NCBI GenBank assembly: GCA_963777605.1
Contig: CAVZRV010000029.1
Location: forward strand, 192,001-256,000
DNA from: an uncultured Acidobacteriota bacterium
Lineage (GTDB): Bacteria; Acidobacteriota; UBA6911; RPQK01; JAPXNP01
Direction of reading: 5' to 3'
DNA length: 64,000 bases
How positions within the stretch are numbered: the stretch's first letter is position 1; the number at the start of each line of letters is the position of its first letter. Shown here piece after piece: positions 10,629 to 18,716 of the stretch. A program made the position numbers and the translations under genes. The notes beneath the pieces were generated by a model. It ran no database searches and had not been told where the DNA came from. It saw only the letters and a program-made list of their open reading frames with translations.

Positions 10629-11786
10629 ATGACAAATGATGCGACCTGTTTTGATGTGATCGTGGTTGGCGCCGGTCCGGGCGGTTCCAACGCGGCTGCG
10701 GTCTGCCTTGAGTCCGGGCTCACCGTCCTTCAACTCGAGGCCCTGCCTTTCCCCCGGATGAAGCCTTGTGCGGGAGGGATTACACCGAAGTCGCTCATCG
10801 CCCTCCGGGGAAACCTCGCAAGCCAGTTGCGAGGGACCGCAACCAGGATTGAGTTTGCGAGTGCGACCGGAGAAGGGTCCTCCTTTGAGCCGAAGTTCCC
10901 CTTGCTTCGATTTGTCCATCGCCCGGATTTTGATGCCGAGCTGGTGCGTCGCAATTGCTCTCGGTCCGGATTTCGCTTCCTCGACGGGGAACGGGTCGAG
11001 GCGGTCCGTTGGGATGGCGTTTTTCGGGTCGAGAGTTCCAGGGGGAGTTACCGGGCCAGGCAACTGATTGGAGCGGACGGCTCCACGGGTGTCGTCAACC
11101 GGGTGTTTCGTGTCGCCTCGCCTCGCGGAAGGGCAACCGCAATCGAAACCGAGATTCCTCGACCCGCCGGTGTCCGAACTTGTGCCGACCCCTGTTTCGA
11201 TTTTGGAGCGGTCGATCAGGGTTACGGATGGGTTTTCCCAAAGAACGACTACTGGTCCGTTGGACTTTATACGATCGGGGAGCGCACTCCGGGCTTCAGG
11301 AAGAAGCTGGGACACTACATCGCGGAGAAGGGTTTGACTGAATTTCCCGAAGGGACGGTCGTTGGGCACCGTTACGGTATCGGGGGTTACCGGCTGGAGC
11401 CGCCGGACTGCCCGGTATACGTGGTTGGGGACGCCGGAGGATTTGCGGAGGCAATCACCGGAGAAGGGATCTACTCCGCGCTCCGCAGTGGAGCGATTGC
11501 GGGTGAGACCGCAGCCCGTGTTCACGGCGGACTGGGTCTGCCCGCGGAATATTACCGGCGGCTTTGGAAGGACGTGCTTTGGGACACCAGGATTTCCTGG
11601 CATGCTGCCCGCTATTTCTATCGTGATACGGGGCGATGGATTGCGTTCCTCCGGAATCCGCTGGTCTGGAGGCCGCTCGTCGAGGGCTATACGGAGGGGG
11701 CGACGGTCGCGGGTTGTCTCTTCTGGGGTGGGCTTTTTCTTCTCAGATCGCGGGGGGCACGTCGCCGGCGGGTAGCTCGATCGTGA
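10629..11786 (+). CDS. Geranylgeranyl reductase family FAD-dependent oxidoreductase
   Basis: GAGPGG, KPCAGG, GADG, YGWVFPK, VGDAGG..TGEGI motifs. Confidence 0.88.
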   Translation: MTNDATCFDVIVVGAGPGGSNAAAVCLESGLTVLQLEALPFPRMKPCAGGITPKSLIALRGNLASQLRGTATRIEFASATGEGSSFEPKFPLLRFVHRPDFDAELVRRNCSRSGFRFLDGERVEAVRWDGVFRVESSRGSYRARQLIGADGSTGVVNRVFRVASPRGRATAIETEIPRPAGVRTCADPCFDFGAVDQGYGWVFPKNDYWSVGLYTIGERTPGFRKKLGHYIAEKGLTEFPEGTVVGHRYGIGGYRLEPPDCPVYVVGDAGGFAEAITGEGIYSALRSGAIAGETAARVHGGLGLPAEYYRRLWKDVLWDTRISWHAARYFYRDTGRWIAFLRNPLVWRPLVEGYTEGATVAGCLFWGGLFLLRSRGARRRRVARS

Positions 11787-12870
11787 CCATCAGGCCGCCT
11801 GGCCGGCTCCGCGATGCCGTGAGCCGTCCGCGGTGATTTTCGATGAGCTGGTATGAGACGGAGAGTCCAAGACCGGTTCCGTCCGGCTTGGTCGAGAAGA
11901 AGGGGTCGAAAATCTGTTCCAGCTGTGACTCCTCGACACCGGGGCCTGAATCGGAGACTTCGACGGCAACTCTTGGCGGAGAAGTCAGCAGTTTGGAACG
12001 GATCTCCAGGATGCCGCCGCCGGGCATCGCCTGGATGGCGTTGAGCAGGACGTTCAGGAGGACCTGGCGAATCTGGTCGGGGTCGATCATTAACACGGGG
12101 TTCTCCGGAGAGAGCTCTTTCCGGATCGAAATTCCCGAGTGCGCCGCCTCCTTCTGAAGAAGGGACAGAGTCGTTTCGATCAGTTCGTTGAGCCGGGTAG
12201 ACTCGATCCGAGGTTCGGGCGGGCGGGCGAAGCGGAGGACCTCGTTGACGATGCCGTTGAGGCGAGTCGATTCTTCCTTGATGATGTCGAGGAACTCGCG
12301 CTTGGGATGGTCGAGCGGGATCTCTTCTTCCAGGATCTCCGCCGAGCCCTTGATCGATCCCAGGGGATTTCGGATCTCGTGAGCGATTCCCGCACTTAAC
12401 TCGCCCAGTGCCGCGAGCCGATCGGCTATTCGCAGTTGCTCGAACGTTGACTGAAGCTTGGCGTAGGCCTCAGAAAGCTGGCTCGAAGTCTCTTCCAGCC
12501 GTTCCTGCTGCTGTTTCTGACGGTACGATAGCAAACCGATAATCAGCGCGATGACGTGGTAGAGGAGGATTTCGGCGTACTGGTTGAAGGTGTAGACGGG
12601 AGTGTGGTGCCAGTCCATTTGAATATGGACCAGGTAAATAACACTGACCAGGAAGGCGGCCAGGACTCCGGCGACAGGCCCGTACCAGAACGCCGCCAGC
12701 AGGATTGGGATGTAGTAGATGCGCTGGTAGATCTCGTGGAGGTAACGGTGCTCGGTTGGTGTGGCGAAGTGGAAGGCGGAGACCAGCAGGGCCAGGAAGA
12801 CGATCAGAAAGACCTTGCGACGGTCATTTCCGCCCTTGCGAATCCGCATCCAGGGTTTCAGCTTCATCAT
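11743..12870 (-). CDS. Membrane sensor histidine kinase (ZraS/NtrB-like) with His-rich TM sensor region
   Basis: AHEIRNPL H-box, NAIQAM, DSGPG, FDPFFSTK, GTGLGL; start uncertain (12849-12885). Confidence 0.9.
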   Translation of the reverse strand: MMKLKPWMRIRKGGNDRRKVFLIVFLALLVSAFHFATPTEHRYLHEIYQRIYYIPILLAAFWYGPVAGVLAAFLVSVIYLVHIQMDWHHTPVYTFNQYAEILLYHVIALIIGLLSYRQKQQQERLEETSSQLSEAYAKLQSTFEQLRIADRLAALGELSAGIAHEIRNPLGSIKGSAEILEEEIPLDHPKREFLDIIKEESTRLNGIVNEVLRFARPPEPRIESTRLNELIETTLSLLQKEAAHSGISIRKELSPENPVLMIDPDQIRQVLLNVLLNAIQAMPGGGILEIRSKLLTSPPRVAVEVSDSGPGVEESQLEQIFDPFFSTKPDGTGLGLSVSYQLIENHRGRLTASRSRPGGLMVTIELPAGDVPPAI

Positions 12871-14230
12871 GCTCCCGCAGTGCAAACTTCTGCATCCGAT
12901 AAATCAGGGTGTTCCGCGTGATCTCGAGGTAGCGAGCCGTGCTGGACTGGTTCCAGTCGTGCTTCTGGAGGGCGACCAGGAGAATGTCCCGCTCCAGTTG
13001 TTCAAGGGAGAACCCTTCTTCGGGAAGTTCGAAGCGGACCCGGTCAACCTCAAGAACCGGGCGGGCTACCTCGTCCGGCAGGTCAGTCGCCCGGATCACT
13101 CCGTTTCGGTTGAAGATCACGAGCCGCTCCAGCAGGTTCTCTACCTCACGAACATTACCCGGCCAGTCGTAAGTCTTGAGACGGTCGATGGCTTCCGGCG
13201 AAAGCTGGACGTCGCGGCCGAGACGCTGGTTGAGCGAGTCGAGAATGCGACGGAGCAGGAGCGGGATGTCGTCACGGCGTTTCCGGAGGGGAGGAATGTA
13301 GAGAGGTGCGACTGACAGCCGGTAGAAGAGGTCCTCCCGAAACTGCCCCGCCCGCATCATTCCCTGCAGGTCCCGGTTGGTGGCGGCGATCACCCGGATG
13401 TTCACCGGTCGTGGGCGGGGATCTCCGACCACGTCGATCTCCCGCTCCTGGAGCACCCTGAGCAGCTTGACCTGCATGTTGGTTGGGAGTTCTCCGATCT
13501 CGTCCAGGAAGATCGTTCCAGTGTGGGCAGTTTCGAACTTTCCCTTCCGGTCGGCGGTGGCCCCGGTGAAGGCTCCTTTACGATAGCCGAACAGTTCCGA
13601 CTCGACGAGATCGGCCGGGATGGCGCCACAGTTGACCGTGACGAAGGGGCGTTTGCGGCGGTTGCTGTTGAAGTGGACGGCTCGGGCCAGGAGTTCCTTC
13701 CCGGTGCCGCTCTCGCCCTGGATCAGGACCGTGGTATCGACGGCGGCCAGTTGCGTGGCCTGCTCGATGACTTCCTTGAATTGCTTCGAAGATCCGATGA
13801 TTCCCCCGAACTCGAACTTGTCCCGGACGGCGTGGGACAAGCGCCGGTTCTCTTCGAGCAGGTTCGCGATTTGAAGTGCTTTGCCGATGGCGTGAATGAT
13901 CTGGGCTTTCTCGACCGGCTTTGAGAGAAAGTCCGAGGCGCCGATCTTGACCGCCTCCACGGCCCTATCCAGGGTCGCGAAAGCGGTCAGGACAATGATG
14001 GGGATTTCAGACTTGATTGCCCGGATCCGCCGGATCAGGGCGAGTCCGTCCAGTTCTGGCATCCGCAGGTCGGTGATCACGAGATCCACTGCTTCTTCGT
14101 CGAGCACTTTCAGGGCGCTGAGCGGTGAAGAAGTCGGGATGACCCGGAACCCGGCTTCCCGGATGTGGTACGACATCACTTTGAGCAGGTTCTTGTCGTC
14201 ATCCACCAGGAGAACCGTGTTTTCGTCCAT
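12824..14230 (-). CDS. Sigma54-dependent response regulator (REC-AAA+-Fis HTH)
   Basis: VDDD/DLRMP receiver, GESGTGKE, GAFTGA, FLDEIGE, WPGNVRE, C-terminal HTH. Confidence 0.95.
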   Translation of the reverse strand: MDENTVLLVDDDKNLLKVMSYHIREAGFRVIPTSSPLSALKVLDEEAVDLVITDLRMPELDGLALIRRIRAIKSEIPIIVLTAFATLDRAVEAVKIGASDFLSKPVEKAQIIHAIGKALQIANLLEENRRLSHAVRDKFEFGGIIGSSKQFKEVIEQATQLAAVDTTVLIQGESGTGKELLARAVHFNSNRRKRPFVTVNCGAIPADLVESELFGYRKGAFTGATADRKGKFETAHTGTIFLDEIGELPTNMQVKLLRVLQEREIDVVGDPRPRPVNIRVIAATNRDLQGMMRAGQFREDLFYRLSVAPLYIPPLRKRRDDIPLLLRRILDSLNQRLGRDVQLSPEAIDRLKTYDWPGNVREVENLLERLVIFNRNGVIRATDLPDEVARPVLEVDRVRFELPEEGFSLEQLERDILLVALQKHDWNQSSTARYLEITRNTLIYRMQKFALREHDEAETLDADSQGRK

Positions 14231-14268
14231 GGGCAGGCCTTACGAGGCTCCGCCGTCACTCGGCACCA

Positions 14269-15528
14269 TCAGAGTGCTCGGTCGGTATCGTAGTCCTCCA
14301 GGATTCGGCGGATTTCCTGCACGAAGCGGGCAGCCAGCGCGCCATCGACGACGCGATGATCGTAACTGAGCGATACGTACATGATTGAGCGGATGGCGAT
14401 GGCGTCGTCAACTACCACGGGGCGTTTCTTGATTGCCCCGACACCCAGGATGCCCACCTGCGGTTGATTGATGATGGGCAAGCCGAAGATGTTCCCGAAT
14501 ACGCCCGGATTGGTGACTGTAAAGGTGCCGCCCTGCACGTCATCGGGAACCAGCTTCTTTGTCTGCGCCCGAACCGCCAGTTCATGCGCGGCCCGGGCCA
14601 GCCCGAGCAGGTTCTTCTCATCGGCGTTCTTGACCACGGGTACGATCAGTCCTGATTCCAGTGCGACCGCCACTCCGAGGTTGACGAAGTCCTTGACGAT
14701 GATCTTGTCGTCCTGAACGGAACTGTTCATCAAGGGGTGCGCCCGGAGTGCGAGGACAGCGGCGTGGAGGATGAAGGGGGTATAGGTCAGTTTGAAACCG
14801 TTCTCTTTCTCGAAGCGCGGCTTAACCGATTCCCGAAACCGGACGATCCGGGTCATATCCACTTCGGCGACCGTGTAGGTATGTGGCGAGGTACGCTTGC
14901 TTTCGACCATGTGTTCGGCGATGCGCTTCCGCATCGGGGTCATTTCAATGACCTGGATGCGCTGACCCGGTACCGCCTGGCCTGCTTCACTATCAGCAGC
15001 GGGAGCCGGACTTGACGCTTCCACGGTACCCTCGGACCTGCGTTCCAGGAACCGTACGACGTCGTCCTTGGTCACGCGTCCGCGCTGTCCCGATCCGTCG
15101 ATCGCATCCAAATCGCTCGAACTCAGGCCCTCTTTGAGGGCGATGTTGCGGGCTACCGGGGAAAGGCTTTTCTCGGCCTCGACGGCCGTTGCAGACTCCT
15201 CGGCTTTACTGACTGCGGGCTCCTCAGGAGCCGCCGGCTCCGTCTTCGCCGGTGCGGCTTCGGCGGGGGCACTCTGAGCTGTCGCCTCCCCCTCCGTATC
15301 GATGCGGGCGAGCACCGTTCCCACTTCGACCGTTGTTCCTTCCTCGATCAGAATCTCTGCCAGGACGCCGGCCTCGGGAGCGGGGATCTCGGTGTCGATC
15401 TTGTCCGTTGTGATCTCGAGGATCGTCTCATCGCGGGCGACTTCGTCTCCGGCTTCTTTCAGCCACTTGGCAACCGTACCTTCGGCAATACTCTCGCCCA
15501 TTTCCGGCATTACGACATCGACTTTCAT
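14269..15528 (-). CDS. 2-oxoacid dehydrogenase E2 (dihydrolipoamide acyltransferase, SucB/PdhC-like)
   Basis: Lipoyl motif TDKID, E3-binding GSG.RGRVTKDD, catalytic SYDHRVVDG. Confidence 0.93.
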   Translation of the reverse strand: MKVDVVMPEMGESIAEGTVAKWLKEAGDEVARDETILEITTDKIDTEIPAPEAGVLAEILIEEGTTVEVGTVLARIDTEGEATAQSAPAEAAPAKTEPAAPEEPAVSKAEESATAVEAEKSLSPVARNIALKEGLSSSDLDAIDGSGQRGRVTKDDVVRFLERRSEGTVEASSPAPAADSEAGQAVPGQRIQVIEMTPMRKRIAEHMVESKRTSPHTYTVAEVDMTRIVRFRESVKPRFEKENGFKLTYTPFILHAAVLALRAHPLMNSSVQDDKIIVKDFVNLGVAVALESGLIVPVVKNADEKNLLGLARAAHELAVRAQTKKLVPDDVQGGTFTVTNPGVFGNIFGLPIINQPQVGILGVGAIKKRPVVVDDAIAIRSIMYVSLSYDHRVVDGALAARFVQEIRRILEDYDTDRAL

Positions 15529-15542
15529 ATCAAATCCCTCTC

Positions 15543-16940
15543 CTACAGGTGTATCTGTTCGCCGTACGCTGCCCCGGCTGCTTCCATCACCGCTTCGGAC
15601 AGAGTGGGGTGGGCGTGGACCGTCTTCAGCAATTCCAGATAAGTGGTTTCCAGCGCCTTTGCCGTGACCAGTTCGGCAATCATTTCCGTGGCGTCCTCTC
15701 CGATGATATGAGCGCCAATGAGTTCTCCGTACTTATCTTCGAAGATCAGCTTTACAAAACCCTCTTCGGCCTGGCTGGCCCTGGCCTTTCCCAGTACCCG
15801 GAACGGGAACTTTCCGACCCGGACCTCATAACCTTCGTCTCGGGCCGCCTTTTCCGTCAACCCGACACTGGCCACTTGCGGCTGACAGTAGGTGCACCCA
15901 GGAATCGTACGATAGTCGATGGGATGAGGATTCGACCCGGCGATTTTTTCCACGCAGACGATACCTTCGTGAGATGCCACGTGGGCAAGCCAGGGTGGTC
16001 CGATGACATCTCCGATGGCGTAAATGCCCTCGACGTTGGTCTGAAACCAGCGGTCTACCTTGATCTGGCCACGTTCGACGTTTATCCCGAGATCTTCGAG
16101 TCCGAGGTTCTCAACATTGCCCTGGACGCCCACGGCCAGAAGCACCAGTTCCGCATCGATCTCCTCCGGATCCTTGCCTTCAGAGGACAAGGTCACCCGG
16201 ATCCCCGAGTCGGTTTCTTCCACCTTCTCGACCCGTCGCTTGACCAGAACCTTGATTCCCTGCTTCTTGAATGACCGGCCGAGTTCCTTGCTGACCTCTT
16301 CATCTTCCACAGGGAGAGCACGGTCCAGCATCTCCACGATGGTGACCCGGGATCCGAAACTGTTGTAGAAGTAACCGAACTCACAGCCGATGGCACCGGC
16401 GCCGACGATGACGACAGATTCCGGGAGTTTCTTGAGTTCGAGTGCATGGCGAGCGGTGATGATCTTTTTCCCGTCAATCTCCACGCCCGGGATGGATCGA
16501 GCCCGGGCCCCTGTCGCCACAACGATGTGGTGTGCCGTGACCTCCCGGGTCTTCCCCTCGTGAGAGACGGAAACCTTGCCCTTGTCGACGAGTCGGGCGT
16601 CGCCCGCGATCACGTCGATCTTATTCTTGTTCATCAAATAATCGACACCCTTGGAGATCGTGTCGGCAACCTCTCGGCTTCTTCCGATGATCTTCGCCAT
16701 GTCGAAGGCCAGGCCCTCGATCTGGATGCCCCAACTCTCGGCATTCTTCATGTAGTTGTAGACTTTGGCATTGGTCAGGAGCGCCTTGGATGGGATGCAA
16801 CCCCAGTTCAGGCAGACTCCACCGAGGCGGTCACGTTCTACAATTGCCGTCTTCAACCCGAGTTGGGCTGCGCGGATGGCGGCAACGTAACCCCCCGGTC
16901 CGGCTCCGATGATCAATACGTCATAGGTGATTTCGGGCAT
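15543..16940 (-). CDS. lpdA: Dihydrolipoyl dehydrogenase E3
   Basis: GAGPGGYVAA, GGVCLNWGCIPSK, HAHPTLSE. Confidence 0.96.
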   Translation of the reverse strand: MPEITYDVLIIGAGPGGYVAAIRAAQLGLKTAIVERDRLGGVCLNWGCIPSKALLTNAKVYNYMKNAESWGIQIEGLAFDMAKIIGRSREVADTISKGVDYLMNKNKIDVIAGDARLVDKGKVSVSHEGKTREVTAHHIVVATGARARSIPGVEIDGKKIITARHALELKKLPESVVIVGAGAIGCEFGYFYNSFGSRVTIVEMLDRALPVEDEEVSKELGRSFKKQGIKVLVKRRVEKVEETDSGIRVTLSSEGKDPEEIDAELVLLAVGVQGNVENLGLEDLGINVERGQIKVDRWFQTNVEGIYAIGDVIGPPWLAHVASHEGIVCVEKIAGSNPHPIDYRTIPGCTYCQPQVASVGLTEKAARDEGYEVRVGKFPFRVLGKARASQAEEGFVKLIFEDKYGELIGAHIIGEDATEMIAELVTAKALETTYLELLKTVHAHPTLSEAVMEAAGAAYGEQIHL

Positions 16941-17204
16941 TCCGAAGCATCCTTTCTTCCTGTCCTGAGACTCAGACTGCCAGCTTACACCATATCGCAA
17001 AGAGGTTGAACCGCAGCACTTTGCGACTCGCCGGGGACTGCAGCGATTTACGATTTTCAGTTTGCGATTTACGATTTTCCGGAGGGGGCTCTGGAGGAGG
17101 GAGATGGATCAGTGTTGTTCCGTGGGGTAATGTTTTCCCAGCGGGCCGGTTGTGGGAGGGATTGGTAGAGCGAGACCCAACGACGATTAAATTCGGAGAG
17201 CAAA

Positions 17205-18716
17205 TTGATGAGCTTCAAGATCCTGGTGAAGAAGTGGATTCCGGGTGCCGTCCTGATCGTCGTCGCCCTTTTCTGTTGTGTTCACCTGGCGCCCCGGTTT
17301 CTCCTTTCTTCTCCGGGCCGTTCGTCTTTTGATGAAGCGTTCACCGGGCAGACGCTCCGGGTAGACTTCTATCACTCGGGGACCTCGACCGAGGAGCACA
17401 TCAGTCTGGACACGGTTCGCCTCGAAGGACCTTGGCCGGGGAGCCGGAGCAGACTTCTTGATCAGACTAACCGTGGCAAGTACTTCTTCGAGATTCGGTC
17501 GGCGGCATCGGATGTGCCGCTCTACTCAAGGGGTTTTGCAGGGATTTTCGGAGAGTGGGAGACGATCGGAGAGGCCCGGCAAGGGACTTGGCGGACTTTC
17601 CAGGAGTCGGTCCGCTTTCCCGAGCCCCGTTTGCCCTTCCACCTGGTGCTGCGCAAGCGGGCCGCCTCCGGGAGTTTTGAGCCCATCTTTTCGGTCAACA
17701 TCGATCCGAAGAACCGATTTGTCGATCGGTCACCAATCACCGCTTTCGGCACTCCCTGGACTCTGTTCGAAAATGGGGAACCGACCTCCAAGGTGGACCT
17801 GCTCATCCTCGGGGACGGATACACGGCTGAGGAGTCCGGAAAGTTCCACGAAGACGTCAAGCGGTTGGCCGATAACCTGTTCGCGACCGAGCCTTTCCTG
17901 TCGAGGAAGGAAGATTTCAATGTTCGGGCTATTGACGTTGCGTCTCCTGATCCGGGGATCAGCAACCCCCGGGCAGGGGAGTGGCACAACTCGGTCCTTG
18001 GATTGGAGTTCAATTCCTTCGACCTGGACCGTTATGTACTGACCTATCGGAATCGCGTGATCCGGGAGATCGCCGCCCAGTTGCCCTATGATGCCCTGCT
18101 GATTGTCTTCAACTCTCCGAAGTACGGAGGTGGGGGGATCTTCGGCCTCTGGTCAACCTGTTCCTCCGATTCCGAGTGGTCAACGTATGTCTTTGTGCAC
18201 GAATTTGGGCACTCGTTCGGCGGATTGGGGGATGAGTACTACTCCTCCGATGTCGCGTACGAAGATTTCACCCCGCCCGGGGTAGAACCCTGGGAGCCCA
18301 ACATCACCGCTCTACTCGATCCGGCAGCCTTGAAGTGGAAGGAACTGGTCAGTCCGGGAACGCCGATCCCGACTCCGTGGAACAAGGCGGCATACGACTT
18401 GGCTTCCGGCGCCAACCGGGAACGGAGAGCCGTAATGGTCCGCGACCACGCCTCGGCGGCTGATCTCAGCAGCTTTGACAAAGAGTCCGGAGAAGAACTC
18501 GAAAAGATCCTCAGATCCGATCCCTACTTCGGTCGGGTGGGGGCCTTCCAGGGCGCCGGATACGAATCGCTCGAGCTTTACCGCCCGAGCGTCGATTGCA
18601 TCATGTTCACCAAGTACCCCAAAGCCTTCTGTCCGGTCTGCCGGAAGGCGATCGAAGAGATGATCGATCTCTATTCCCGGACCACTAGCGGTACGCAAAC
18701 AGCATCGCGTAGATGA
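17205..18716 (+). CDS. Peptidase M64 (IgA peptidase) family metalloprotease
   Basis: DLLILGDGYT, HEFGH zinc motif, GLGDEY, CIM..FCPVC. Confidence 0.9.
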   Translation: MMSFKILVKKWIPGAVLIVVALFCCVHLAPRFLLSSPGRSSFDEAFTGQTLRVDFYHSGTSTEEHISLDTVRLEGPWPGSRSRLLDQTNRGKYFFEIRSAASDVPLYSRGFAGIFGEWETIGEARQGTWRTFQESVRFPEPRLPFHLVLRKRAASGSFEPIFSVNIDPKNRFVDRSPITAFGTPWTLFENGEPTSKVDLLILGDGYTAEESGKFHEDVKRLADNLFATEPFLSRKEDFNVRAIDVASPDPGISNPRAGEWHNSVLGLEFNSFDLDRYVLTYRNRVIREIAAQLPYDALLIVFNSPKYGGGGIFGLWSTCSSDSEWSTYVFVHEFGHSFGGLGDEYYSSDVAYEDFTPPGVEPWEPNITALLDPAALKWKELVSPGTPIPTPWNKAAYDLASGANRERRAVMVRDHASAADLSSFDKESGEELEKILRSDPYFGRVGAFQGAGYESLELYRPSVDCIMFTKYPKAFCPVCRKAIEEMIDLYSRTTSGTQTASRR

